Virus record (IMG/VR): IMGVR_UViG_3300021962_000022
From: a virus
Lineage: Duplodnaviria; Caudoviricetes
Direction: 5' to 3' (one strand)
DNA length: 64,000 nucleotides
Shown here: positions 27,458 to 37,767 of the stretch, piece after piece
How positions within the stretch are numbered: the first letter of the stretch is position 1
Layout: every line of letters begins with the position of its first letter
Program-made: the position numbers and the translations under genes
Notes under the pieces: model-generated
The model's database searches: none
What the model saw: the letters and a program-made list of their open reading frames with translations, nothing else
Told to the model about the DNA's origin: nothing

Positions 27458-27465
27458 AATAAATA
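27458..27465 (-). promoter_or_regulatory. Putative late promoter variant TATTTATT
   Basis: 10 nt upstream of the ATG at 27447. Confidence 0.5.
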
Positions 27466-27471
27466 TAAAAT

Positions 27472-28638
27472 TTATTGTTTTCTAATATTAAAATATCCAT
27501 TTCCGTAAATTGATAATTCTCCTGTGTTATCAATTTCGGATAATCGTAATGTTTTTTCCATAACTCCTTGTTTACCTCTCTCTACGAAAATATCCGAATA
27601 AATTACCGGTTCGTCAATGAATCCTAAGAAATGTTCGTTCCTTGTAATAACTTTATTTATCACCTCTTCTTTAGTGAAACCTGAAGTTGTACCTGTAATT
27701 GTTGTAATTCCATCCGCAAAATCTTGATAATATAAATTGTCAATGGTGTAGGCACTGTACGAAACACCGTTTGTGACACCAGTGGTGACACCTGAGTAGG
27801 TGTTTGTACCATATAATTTTAATTCACTGATTTTACTCTTACCTATAGCAGCATATGTAAATGTGGTGTAACCTGTATTCAAACCTGAGTAATCCAAATC
27901 ATTTAGATAATTTTGTGTTTGACCTGTAATATTTGTATAAGGTATTGTGAATCCTGAGAAAGTTCCAAGTGGATTACTTACAGTGGTGTTGGATGGTACT
28001 TGTACCTTTTTCTTTGTTTCAAACTGACTCCAAGGAGTGTTGATTGATATTGATATCGTCGTCTCACCTGTTGATGAGTAAGTTTTTGACGCGGTGATAC
28101 CTGTTGTTGATAAAATACTTGTTGTGCCATCACCCCAATCCACAGTAAAGTCAATAAAGTGTATTTCGGAAACTTTAGTTGTGTCCACGGTATTGTAAAC
28201 TTGAACTGTGTTACCTGTTTGTGTATAAGAAAAATTACATATCTGTTCAACTTGTTCTAAGTTACCGTCAAATCCAACCATAACACCCATTTCATCAATG
28301 TGAGTTTCCAAGAATATTGGTAACATATGTTCACCATATGCCTCACCTTTGGTGATGTTTTCCCAAGCGTACAATTCAAGGCTTAAATCACATCCCTCAT
28401 CACCGTAAGAAGTTGTTGCAATACTATTACCTGTCCAAACATAGTACCCCGAAGAGACTGTTCCGCCGGTTACGTTATAAACAACAAATCCATCTAATGG
28501 GTCTAAATACTGTGATTCTGACCATGATATTAAACTACCCAAACTATTGTACCAATACGGTCCATCGTTTGAATACAATTTAACATTAGGAATATTCTTC
28601 CTAAGTATCTCGTATTTTGTGGGTGATTTAATATCCAT
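27472..28638 (-). CDS. 388-aa structural protein with PKD-like Ig domain
   Basis: FTVDWGDGT is the PKD-domain WxFGDG-type signature; beta-rich. Confidence 0.75.
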   Translation of the reverse strand: MDIKSPTKYEILRKNIPNVKLYSNDGPYWYNSLGSLISWSESQYLDPLDGFVVYNVTGGTVSSGYYVWTGNSIATTSYGDEGCDLSLELYAWENITKGEAYGEHMLPIFLETHIDEMGVMVGFDGNLEQVEQICNFSYTQTGNTVQVYNTVDTTKVSEIHFIDFTVDWGDGTTSILSTTGITASKTYSSTGETTISISINTPWSQFETKKKVQVPSNTTVSNPLGTFSGFTIPYTNITGQTQNYLNDLDYSGLNTGYTTFTYAAIGKSKISELKLYGTNTYSGVTTGVTNGVSYSAYTIDNLYYQDFADGITTITGTTSGFTKEEVINKVITRNEHFLGFIDEPVIYSDIFVERGKQGVMEKTLRLSEIDNTGELSIYGNGYFNIRKQ

Positions 28639-29468
28639 TATTGTTTTCTCTCATAAAAATTTATTGGTGCGGATGTGGTTCCTTTTCTCGTACCTAATGA
28701 ACCATTATATGCGTAAACGATATAAGAATAATCCGTCCTATCTATAATTACTTTATAATAAACATCTTCTTCTTCAACGTAAGGTGTCGTCGCGTTTACC
28801 GTTTTTGATTTATTAACAAAATCTATAACACTACCGTCTTTCGCATTGTAATATTTGGCGGTCATATAGAATGTGTTACCTGTGATATTGGTTTCACTAA
28901 ATGGTGAATCATCAGCAAACCAAAAAAAGTACATATTTTCTGTATTTCTATAATTTGAACCAGTAAAAACTGGTACGTAGATAAAATCATTTAATGGTAG
29001 TGTTGCACCTGATGGAGTACCTGTATAATATATTCTTTCACCTAAGGGTAGTGATAAATTTTTCGCAAAAACTAACCTTCTGTTTGTTTGGTTTGGTGAT
29101 TGGTCATTGTTTGTTTTATAAAATTCTAATCTGAAAAAACTTTCTGTTGATTGTTTTAACATTTTTGAATTTTCTTCCATGGTAATTGATACATCTTCAT
29201 AATTTTGAGAGTAGTTACCAAGACTGTTTAAAAAATAAAAGTTATACCATATATCAGTTTGTTGATATGGAGTACCATAGGGTGGCATTTGTTCATACGA
29301 GGAATGTATATATCTTACGGTCTCGTAATTTTCTGTTGGGTTGATTATTTCATAAAGAATTTCTTGCTCCATTTCTTGGGCATTATCTGTCCATCCTAAA
29401 TCAGTTTTAAACATCTGATTTGAAGAAATTAAAATGGATTGGTCGTTATTTTTAGCAAGAATTTTCAT
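28638..29468 (-). CDS. 276-aa phage structural protein
   Basis: ORF track; translationally coupled (TAATG overlap at 28638). Confidence 0.8.
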   Translation of the reverse strand: MKILAKNNDQSILISSNQMFKTDLGWTDNAQEMEQEILYEIINPTENYETVRYIHSSYEQMPPYGTPYQQTDIWYNFYFLNSLGNYSQNYEDVSITMEENSKMLKQSTESFFRLEFYKTNNDQSPNQTNRRLVFAKNLSLPLGERIYYTGTPSGATLPLNDFIYVPVFTGSNYRNTENMYFFWFADDSPFSETNITGNTFYMTAKYYNAKDGSVIDFVNKSKTVNATTPYVEEEDVYYKVIIDRTDYSYIVYAYNGSLGTRKGTTSAPINFYERKQ

Positions 29469-29469
29469 A

Positions 29470-31230
29470 TTAACATTTAAACTTATTTACATTTTTAACC
29501 GCGTCTTGTTTATTTGTGTAAATGTTTTCATTTCGTAAATAGAAATTGATGTCACTTTTTACATAATGAATATTGTTTATGAATGGATAGTTTGTCCCAA
29601 AACCCTCTGGGTCTATAAATCCATGGTCATATAAATCTCTCCATTTCCAAAGAGCTTCGTCTTCCATATATTTCGCATTCTGTGGTAATCCATAAACTTG
29701 GTTTGTTTTGGATGTTTCTATATAAGGGGAAAGTTGTCTTAATTTTACTCTGTGGTGTGGTTGATAAAACAACCCATACATGTTTGTAATTGAACCACCC
29801 GAAAAAGTACTTGTTGTACCTGTTTGTCCATAATCAAAAACAAAAAGTGGGTTTGAAAATCTATGATATGCCTCACTTATTATTCTCTCTTGTAATTCTG
29901 TACGATTATACTCAACAAACGCCCCGTGTAAAACAGTGTTCAATGGTAAGTCTGTTCCTGATACAAAATTGTATGTTGTGGCACTAATTGTTCTACTAAA
30001 TCCACTAGTTGTTATGGATGTTTCAGTTGAACCCGTTCCATTAAAATGTTTATCAACCCAAGTATTGTGAAAATTAAATTTCCACCCAACTTTTGGTGGG
30101 TATTGAAAATATCCATTTCTGTTAGCTAATATGACTGTTACATACAAATCTGTTGGTAGGTAACCTAAATTGTTTGTTAATCCTGTTAAAATAAATGGTT
30201 CTTTAAAATCATAAATTAAAGATTCCATCATGTTCCTCTCAACTAAAACGTCTGAAACTCCGGCACTATTTTCTAACAATAATTTTCTTTCGTTTTCCCA
30301 AATTGATGATTCAAATCCAATCTTATCTAAGATATAATCTTCTCTTTCTGTAAGTGTTTTATGTTTATGAACGTAGTAACTCGATGTTGAACCTGTGATG
30401 TTATTCCTATCAAGACATCTTTTACCAAAAACAACAGTCGATAGTGTTGTTCCCGATGGTAATTCGGATTTTGATATTTCTAAAACATATTTTTCAGAAT
30501 CATATATTGAATCCCCAACACTTATAATACTAAATGTTCTACCTGTAACATTTACGGTATTGTTGAAACTTCCACCACTAAGTGTAATGAATTCACCTGA
30601 TGACATTCCATGTTCAACGGGACTAGTAAATTTATAAGAATTAGGTAAACTTTCGACTCTAAATGGTATACCGTCACCAGCAGTAAAACTAAATGAAGTC
30701 CCACCACTTAAAGTATATTTCATTGGATAGGTACTGTCCTGACCATACACATAGGATAAATAAACATTCCAATTGTGGTAAGGAGCATCTATACTTGTTA
30801 TCGTGACATGTTCAGTTTCACCAGAATAAGTTATAACGGGTGTGTATGTTGTTAAAGATGATACCGTTTGTATGGTGTTCACTTGTCTGAATACATCTTT
30901 TCTTAGGAACGCAAATTCTTGATAAGGTAAAAACCCATCAAAATTATTATTACTACCATCTCCAACTAAATAAAGTCTCTTTAAAAGTGGGTTATATTCA
31001 GATGACCCACTATAAAGATTCCTAAAGACCATTTTTAATTTACCATGTATCTTATAATTGGTGCTCTCGTTCCTTTCTTTATTGAATAATTCGGCATTAT
31101 TTAAGATTATCGTTCTATCACCTTCTCTTAAAAGATTTTCGGTTTCCTCTAATCCAACTCGAATCGTTTGGTCTTCATTAATTGAGCCAAAAAACTTTTT
31201 AGATGGTAATATGATTCTTTTTTTATCCAT
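29470..31230 (-). CDS. 586-aa phage structural protein (contains an HGxxxG small beta-barrel module)
   Basis: ORF track; coupled to its neighbours; VEHGMSSGEFITLSG motif. Confidence 0.8.
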   Translation of the reverse strand: MDKKRIILPSKKFFGSINEDQTIRVGLEETENLLREGDRTIILNNAELFNKERNESTNYKIHGKLKMVFRNLYSGSSEYNPLLKRLYLVGDGSNNNFDGFLPYQEFAFLRKDVFRQVNTIQTVSSLTTYTPVITYSGETEHVTITSIDAPYHNWNVYLSYVYGQDSTYPMKYTLSGGTSFSFTAGDGIPFRVESLPNSYKFTSPVEHGMSSGEFITLSGGSFNNTVNVTGRTFSIISVGDSIYDSEKYVLEISKSELPSGTTLSTVVFGKRCLDRNNITGSTSSYYVHKHKTLTEREDYILDKIGFESSIWENERKLLLENSAGVSDVLVERNMMESLIYDFKEPFILTGLTNNLGYLPTDLYVTVILANRNGYFQYPPKVGWKFNFHNTWVDKHFNGTGSTETSITTSGFSRTISATTYNFVSGTDLPLNTVLHGAFVEYNRTELQERIISEAYHRFSNPLFVFDYGQTGTTSTFSGGSITNMYGLFYQPHHRVKLRQLSPYIETSKTNQVYGLPQNAKYMEDEALWKWRDLYDHGFIDPEGFGTNYPFINNIHYVKSDINFYLRNENIYTNKQDAVKNVNKFKC

Positions 31231-34200
31231 TATTCTTGAGTCGGGAATGCACCTTTCGGTCCAAATAATTTTATGAATTTATCAATAGCAGTTGCTCCCG
31301 GTCTTAATCCAAAATAGAATAAGAATGGTGTGGAAAGAATTTGTTTAGTACCTGTATAGTTTACGTCTGTTGGTTTTAATATAAAATCAACATCGAAATT
31401 CCAAGGTTTTGATTCCCAACCACCTAATTCACCTACTCTAATCCATAAAGTACCACCTAATGGAGTCGCGGTGGTTCCTGATGTAATATGTAAAACGGTA
31501 AAACCTTCTTCTTGATTATTATAGTTCAAGTGAACGTCCGTGGTATCTTCTACATCAAATGAACCATCATTAACATCCGCACCTGCAATTGTAAATGTGT
31601 TACCCGAATAATCTTTAGTCATTGGGAACAACAAGTAATTATAAGTGGTATCACCAGTGAATGCATAGTTATATGTCATCCCTTGTAATCTTTGAGAAAC
31701 CACTGTTGAGTAATCCCATGATTGACCATATCCTTCACCAAATCCTTGACCTTTTTTGTCCCAATAAAAGAATGGAACTATTTGAGAAGATTCTGTTAAT
31801 CTACCTGGTTCATTTAAACAAACTCTTACTCTATAACCTTCATCATCAAAAACAAAATTTATCGGCATCGGTCCATTTGCAGAACCTGATTGTGATTTGA
31901 ATAGTTGTTGATAATCATCGGGGTCTAATATTGTTGGACTGTATTGACCGTAATATCTATTTTGTAAATCAAATTCTTCAATACCAACTTCGTTATTAAT
32001 TGAAATAAGTTGTGTCACATCACCGTTTAAAATCTGTTTGTATGTGTTAAACGGATATGTAGACGTATACCCCGTATTTGAAAAGAAATCTTTATACCCA
32101 AACTCCGCATTTGTGTCGAGTCTATAATTGATATACAATCCCAACATTTCTTTAAAGTTTTGATATGAAGTTGGTCCTATATTTCTTACAACAGAACAAT
32201 TAGGGTCTAGAGTTGGGTCAACACATATTTCTTTTATAAACTCATCTCTCGGACCTAAATCCATAATTGTTGTTGGGTGTCTTAAAGTACTAAACTGCGA
32301 ACCTGATGATGTTTTTTGAAAAATCGAACCATTCCATTTTGTGGACCTGTAGTAAAATCTTTTTACCGGTTCATTGGATGTTTTTTCTTTTACTTTATAG
32401 TAAACTAAGTTTTCACAATAATTTGTTCCTCTTACATTCAAATCTAAATTTTCTTCATCATCCCATCTCACTCTCGCTTTAAATGGGAACATATACAACG
32501 AACCCGCTAACCAATTATCAAAAAATGAATAATTTGCAATACCCTCACAGAATACTTTATTGACTAATTTTCTTCTAGCATATTCTCTAATTAATTTGAA
32601 TTGCACGGGTCTATTGTCACCATGTGCAGCGGGTATTACTGTATAAACACCAAATCTAAATTCGGAAAATCCACTTCTAGTATCACATGGTGGATTTTTA
32701 CAAGGATTTTTAGATAGGTTATTTGCTGCAACTTGACCAACAATCATTAAATTTAAACTGTTACAATTAGTTCCGGGATTTGCGATAACTTGGGAAGTAT
32801 TATTATAATCCGCGGTCACTCCTGACGCACAATAGGTTAATGGTACTATACCACTATCATCATAGATTGTATTTTGAGATAAACACCCTTCTGGTAATGC
32901 ACTACTATCAAATGAACTGATTGATGAGCCCGTGAAAGGATAGTAGTTATCGTATATTTCATATGTAAAACCTGTCCAAACATAATCTTTTGGTATCGAT
33001 TGGTTTCTCCAACTTAAATACGAACCAGTATCTTGAGCAACATAACCCGTGGTTGAACCAGATACATATGTTGATAGATTTAACTCAAAGGTTGTACCGG
33101 TGGTTAATGTCCCCAATGTTGTTATGTCTGAACTTTGTGCGTAAGGGTTGGCGATATAGTACAATAACTTAACATAATAAGTTCTACCTGTGGCACTACC
33201 TGAGAGGTAATTGTTGTATATAGTTGTTAATGACTGACCATAGGTGTATCCCGTGTAATTGTATTGGGTCAAACCTGAAGATGGTAATTCACTTAATATA
33301 TATTCATCAATATTACTAATTGGGTCTGCAATGTAAACATCAGTAACCGTACTATCGCAAGTTCCAACTACTGACGGAACAGCATCACCACCCGAATAAG
33401 CCATTGAACCATCTCTAGCACAGATTCCACTTGTTGGGGAACCACTAAATGGTATTGAAACACTTTGTGGTGTGTTTGTTGTACAATCAATCCAATTATA
33501 TGTTGTTGTACCTGTTGTTGGTACATTTAAATTATATGTTGTACAGTTTACTAAAAATCTTAATTTATCCCTAACCGCTCTACCCGAACCAACTTTTTGA
33601 TAAATTAAAGACGGGTCACTTTCGGTTGGTGGGTTTTCATTAAAAACTTGTATTTCATCACACGATTCACACTCGGGATAAACTACAGTACTAAGATGAA
33701 CGGTACCCAAAGCTTGTAAAGGTTCAATGACCACACTATCGAAAAAATTAAATGGTCTCCAATTTATAATTGTAGCACCTAATGCTCGTATGTAAATACG
33801 AAAATCATACAGGAATTGAAATGGTATAATTATGATTTGTATTGCACCAACAAAAGCGGTGTATATTACCCTTTCAAATACATTAATTATAATTGCCAAT
33901 AAAATAGCAAAACTAAACTTTCTCCACGCGTAATTAATTGGTGGTGTAACTACACTTGATTCACAATCCTCTTCGGCTTTTGGTGCAATATCTTTAATAC
34001 CTAAGAAATTATCTTTTTCACCTATAAAAAAGTGACCACTTCTATAAGAAGTCACCGAATATACCTTATTGTATGAGAATCTATAGAAATAATCTTCAGG
34101 GAAATAACTTCCATAAGTTTGGTTAAAAATAACCGAAGAACTTGTTGCCGAAGTTGGATAGTCATCCCAATCTAATGAGAAGGCGTATGAACCATCAACA

Positions 34201-35363
34201 TCAGAATTGTATTCTCGTATATTTGGGAGTAAATAACTAGCAACATATCTAACTCTACCTAAAGTTTGGTTTTTACCTGATATTCTAAATCGATAACACG
34301 CGGAAGTTGGGATTCCTTTGTTTGGGTCGTTTGTGATTTCGTTTTCACCAAATTCGTTTGTGAATATAAAATCCATATTCATAGGTAATGGAACCACGAA
34401 TGAACCATCTTCCTCTATGTCTTCTTGAATTTCATATCTTTCTAATATAGGTCTACCCTTTGTATCTTTATTTGGTGTGAATCTTATTATTTCAATTGTT
34501 GCATCAAATGTTGTTAAATCACATTTTCGACCCATTTCACCCCGAGGTCTACAATTTTTATTGAGTGTATTTTTACCTTTGTCTGAATAAATCGAACCTA
34601 ATAGATATGCTTTAGGTTCAACCTTAACACCCTTACTTGATAAATCAAAGTCGGTTCTGGTTAATCCAATCTCACATAAATCTTCGTTACCCCAAAAAGG
34701 ATAAACCTCTACTGTTTGATTGAATGAAACAATTTGAGGTAAAGTATCTAAATCGTTTGATGATTTGTAAGAATATGTATTTTTGAATTTGTCAACCCCA
34801 AGTCCTTGTCTAATAAAATCATCAGGTCTTAATGAAAAACAACCAATATCTGATAAATCAACATCAACATGTATTGTTTGTATACCAACAGGTACACCCC
34901 AAATCATGAAGTCACCAGCATCGTTTGTTTTAACGGTGTACTTGTAATATTTTTCATACACTTCAAGTACTTCTTCTCTTGTTAAAATATCTTTTTGGTC
35001 AGGAAACGTACCGGTTGGTTCATGTCCTCCGTGTTGTTTTCTACTCGGTAATAAATTATAACGATAACCATTCTCATTCCTATCGTCAACTGTTGTAAAC
35101 GGATAAAGAGCCGATATTACAGGGTCGTTAGAGTCCTCTTCGGATATTGGAATAAAAATCGAGACTCTGGCGTTTGGTACACCAAAACCGTTATTTACAA
35201 AAATTCGACCGCAGACAACACCGTAATCCGCACACATTGACGAATACGCTTCGGTTTGTGTAAACTTAAGAGATAAAATCTCCAATAAATCGAAGTCGTT
35301 TTTAAGTTCGACTACGACTTTTTGGTCTTTACCTATATTTGTGGAAATTCTATGTTTCTGCAT
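31230..35363 (-). CDS. 1377-aa structural protein with N-terminal carboxypeptidase-regulatory/prealbumin-like domain, a hydrophobic segment and Cys modules
   Basis: GRIFVNNGFGVPNARVSI and KTNDAGDFMIWGVPVG motifs; TATTTATA upstream. Confidence 0.75.
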   Translation of the reverse strand: MQKHRISTNIGKDQKVVVELKNDFDLLEILSLKFTQTEAYSSMCADYGVVCGRIFVNNGFGVPNARVSIFIPISEEDSNDPVISALYPFTTVDDRNENGYRYNLLPSRKQHGGHEPTGTFPDQKDILTREEVLEVYEKYYKYTVKTNDAGDFMIWGVPVGIQTIHVDVDLSDIGCFSLRPDDFIRQGLGVDKFKNTYSYKSSNDLDTLPQIVSFNQTVEVYPFWGNEDLCEIGLTRTDFDLSSKGVKVEPKAYLLGSIYSDKGKNTLNKNCRPRGEMGRKCDLTTFDATIEIIRFTPNKDTKGRPILERYEIQEDIEEDGSFVVPLPMNMDFIFTNEFGENEITNDPNKGIPTSACYRFRISGKNQTLGRVRYVASYLLPNIREYNSDVDGSYAFSLDWDDYPTSATSSSVIFNQTYGSYFPEDYFYRFSYNKVYSVTSYRSGHFFIGEKDNFLGIKDIAPKAEEDCESSVVTPPINYAWRKFSFAILLAIIINVFERVIYTAFVGAIQIIIIPFQFLYDFRIYIRALGATIINWRPFNFFDSVVIEPLQALGTVHLSTVVYPECESCDEIQVFNENPPTESDPSLIYQKVGSGRAVRDKLRFLVNCTTYNLNVPTTGTTTYNWIDCTTNTPQSVSIPFSGSPTSGICARDGSMAYSGGDAVPSVVGTCDSTVTDVYIADPISNIDEYILSELPSSGLTQYNYTGYTYGQSLTTIYNNYLSGSATGRTYYVKLLYYIANPYAQSSDITTLGTLTTGTTFELNLSTYVSGSTTGYVAQDTGSYLSWRNQSIPKDYVWTGFTYEIYDNYYPFTGSSISSFDSSALPEGCLSQNTIYDDSGIVPLTYCASGVTADYNNTSQVIANPGTNCNSLNLMIVGQVAANNLSKNPCKNPPCDTRSGFSEFRFGVYTVIPAAHGDNRPVQFKLIREYARRKLVNKVFCEGIANYSFFDNWLAGSLYMFPFKARVRWDDEENLDLNVRGTNYCENLVYYKVKEKTSNEPVKRFYYRSTKWNGSIFQKTSSGSQFSTLRHPTTIMDLGPRDEFIKEICVDPTLDPNCSVVRNIGPTSYQNFKEMLGLYINYRLDTNAEFGYKDFFSNTGYTSTYPFNTYKQILNGDVTQLISINNEVGIEEFDLQNRYYGQYSPTILDPDDYQQLFKSQSGSANGPMPINFVFDDEGYRVRVCLNEPGRLTESSQIVPFFYWDKKGQGFGEGYGQSWDYSTVVSQRLQGMTYNYAFTGDTTYNYLLFPMTKDYSGNTFTIAGADVNDGSFDVEDTTDVHLNYNNQEEGFTVLHITSGTTATPLGGTLWIRVGELGGWESKPWNFDVDFILKPTDVNYTGTKQILSTPFLFYFGLRPGATAIDKFIKLFGPKGAFPTQE

Positions 35364-35370
35364 TCTTCTA

Positions 35371-35378
35371 TATAAATA
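35371..35378 (-). promoter_or_regulatory. Putative late promoter motif TATTTATA
   Basis: Exact motif 7 nt upstream of the ATG at 35363. Confidence 0.6.
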
Positions 35379-35417
35379 GAAAATTATGGATTTCCAGAAA
35401 AATAAATAAAAATTAAA

Positions 35418-37250
35418 TTAGAATGTAGTCGTTCCTAAGGTTTTTACTCTAACTTTTATATCTTTCTGTGGAAATCTTATTTGATATATTTGGTTAGATT
35501 TCATGTATATGGTCATATCTGATTGTGAAATTTCTTTTGTGTTAGCATCAACATAAGCTTGGGCAACTTCAGAAGATGAATATTCACCACCGATATTATT
35601 GAAAACCCTAATATCAACAGCGTTTACAACACCATTTACTTCACCTATTGTTTTGTATAAATCACCAACGAATAATGGGTCTCCCATTTTTCTTTTTTCT
35701 ATTGAAAAATAACTCACTGTATCCTCGATAATTGTTTTAACAATTTCTGTTTGGTTTCCGTTTTTATCGATTACAACATCAATTTCTAATGTGAAATCAA
35801 CAACTTCACCACTCTCAACGTCTAAGAAGTCATTGACCATTCTATATTCAGCCAAATATGTAAGTATATTATTTTTTAGTGTGTTGGAAACAGTATCAAT
35901 TAAATTACCATTTTCATCATAAGACAGTAATTTAATTTTAATCTTATTGTCTTCTTCCATCACATTAACTTTAGCTGGTGCACCATAAGTAGATGGCATT
36001 GTTTCAATTAAAGACTTATAGTCATTAAGTGTAACCGCTCTGTTTTGTGCTGAGAAGTTATATGCAATCATGTTTCTAACTTCTTCAATACTTGGTTGGT
36101 CAGCTCCACCCACTGCGGGAGTTACGTTGGTAACGGTTAAAGAATTCTGTACTTGTGTATTTGTATTTGAATTTGGTCCACCTACAACAAATTCTACGTT
36201 ATCAACACTCGTAATAACATCAATACCAATGTTACTATCTTTTCCACCACCTATTCTATATTTTACGAATAAAGTGGTGTTTGATTTTGGTAATGCCCCA
36301 AGTGATAGGTTGTTAAGGTAAGTACCAAGACTTACTCTTAAACTACCTTGATTGTAGTTATCTAAATTATCCAAAGGATTCACATTGCCAGAACCGAATG
36401 TTACCGAAAAATAATTTTCAGGTGTGTATTCTGTGATAAATTTATTTGTTACAGGTACATAAGTTCCTGATATAAAATTATCACTATCTGAAGCCGATGT
36501 TGGGTCAGGGATAAAAACTTTATCTTGTATTAAAGTTTTTACTTCATACCATTTGTTTTCTGAACTTAAAAATTCAGAATTAGTAGGGTTATTTACGAAG
36601 TTTGTACCTTCTTTATGGATGACACCACTAACACCTAAAATATTTTGTTCGGGTAAATAAATTTTTAAAAAGGGTTTTTGGTCTACTTCTGTAATAACTT
36701 TTCTAAAGATTCTCGTAACCCCATTAACAACCGCTTCTCTCTTTACAATCGAATATGAAATTAATCTATTATTACCATCAAAATTAGGAATTTTTAATCT
36801 GTTAGGTTCCCCTCTTTTGTTGAATGGGTTTGAGAAGTCAATGTCCTCTATGGTTTCAAAAACTTGTCCTCCACCAGAAACTTGTGCCCCCGATTTAATT
36901 GTACCTAAATAACGTTCATCTTCCTTATCACCTCTAACAGGTACTTGTATTGTAAAATCACACAAAGCAACTGATGGTCGGTTTCCTGGTATTCTCATAC
37001 CGTATGTCTTAGCAATATGATATAAGGATTGTCTTTGTTGTGCAAAATCCAACATGGTTTCTTGCCAAACCCTATCAATATGAAAGTGTAAGTTATCTGT
37101 TACAGCGGCGTTTAAATCCAATAATACAGAATATATTGACGCGTCATTTGTGTTTTTAATTAAATCAGGATAATATTCCCTTGTAAGATTGACTAATTCC
37201 TGTCTTAAACTAGCAAAGTCTCTTACGGCATATGATATTTTTTTAGCCAT
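35418..37250 (-). CDS. Baseplate wedge subunit (T4 gp6 / P2 gpJ-like), 610 aa
   Basis: RDFASLRQEL, GGADQPSIEEVR and QNRAVTLNDY motifs; follows the gp25-like gene. Confidence 0.88.
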   Translation of the reverse strand: MAKKISYAVRDFASLRQELVNLTREYYPDLIKNTNDASIYSVLLDLNAAVTDNLHFHIDRVWQETMLDFAQQRQSLYHIAKTYGMRIPGNRPSVALCDFTIQVPVRGDKEDERYLGTIKSGAQVSGGGQVFETIEDIDFSNPFNKRGEPNRLKIPNFDGNNRLISYSIVKREAVVNGVTRIFRKVITEVDQKPFLKIYLPEQNILGVSGVIHKEGTNFVNNPTNSEFLSSENKWYEVKTLIQDKVFIPDPTSASDSDNFISGTYVPVTNKFITEYTPENYFSVTFGSGNVNPLDNLDNYNQGSLRVSLGTYLNNLSLGALPKSNTTLFVKYRIGGGKDSNIGIDVITSVDNVEFVVGGPNSNTNTQVQNSLTVTNVTPAVGGADQPSIEEVRNMIAYNFSAQNRAVTLNDYKSLIETMPSTYGAPAKVNVMEEDNKIKIKLLSYDENGNLIDTVSNTLKNNILTYLAEYRMVNDFLDVESGEVVDFTLEIDVVIDKNGNQTEIVKTIIEDTVSYFSIEKRKMGDPLFVGDLYKTIGEVNGVVNAVDIRVFNNIGGEYSSSEVAQAYVDANTKEISQSDMTIYMKSNQIYQIRFPQKDIKVRVKTLGTTTF

Positions 37251-37251
37251 G

Positions 37252-37704
37252 TTATATGTTAATAATTATAAAATCAGACGAAACAAAAGGTTCGTTATTT
37301 ATGTCATAGTCAATCCTAACTTTAGCGGTATATGGTTTTGTAGAATAATCCGAAACTCTAAATAATCTTGAATCTTCATCTTCTTGAGGACTTGTTGGTT
37401 CCTCAGGGTCTTGGTCTGCCGCAGTTACTCTAATTGATTTAATTTCCAAATTGGGTATGTAAGTTTTTACTGAAGTTCTAATCTCATCTTCAATCTGTCC
37501 CCACGTAACCGCGTCGTTTGGTTCAAAAATAAATTCATATAATCTAGTACCAAAATCAGGCAAATAATATCTTGAACCTTTTCTTGTTAATAATAAATGA
37601 ATTAGGTTCGCACGAATCTCTCTTTCAGGTGTTTCGGTCATCACCAAAAAATCACCTTTGGGACTAATTCTAAATGGAAAATCTATACCATACGTTATCG
37701 CCAT
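37252..37704 (-). CDS. Baseplate wedge protein gp25/GPW-like, 150 aa (start corrected to MAITYGIDFP)
   Basis: GIDFPF and LLTRKGSRYYLPDFGTRLYEFIFEP motifs; the upstream ORF extension runs through a terminator and a promoter. Confidence 0.9.
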   Translation of the reverse strand: MAITYGIDFPFRISPKGDFLVMTETPEREIRANLIHLLLTRKGSRYYLPDFGTRLYEFIFEPNDAVTWGQIEDEIRTSVKTYIPNLEIKSIRVTAADQDPEEPTSPQEDEDSRLFRVSDYSTKPYTAKVRIDYDINNEPFVSSDFIIINI

Positions 37705-37734
37705 ACTAATAAATATAACTAAAGAAGAAATACT

Positions 37735-37742
37735 TATAAATA
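37735..37742 (-). promoter_or_regulatory. Putative late promoter motif TATTTATA (second copy TATTTATT at 37708-37715)
   Basis: Directly after the nrdA terminator, ahead of the baseplate operon. Confidence 0.6.
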
Positions 37743-37767
37743 AAAAATCCCAACCGAAGTTGGGATT
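37741..37767 (-). terminator. Rho-independent terminator after nrdA
   Basis: 9-bp stem AATCCCAAC/GTTGGGATT, C(UUCG)G tetraloop, U-tract. Confidence 0.9.
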
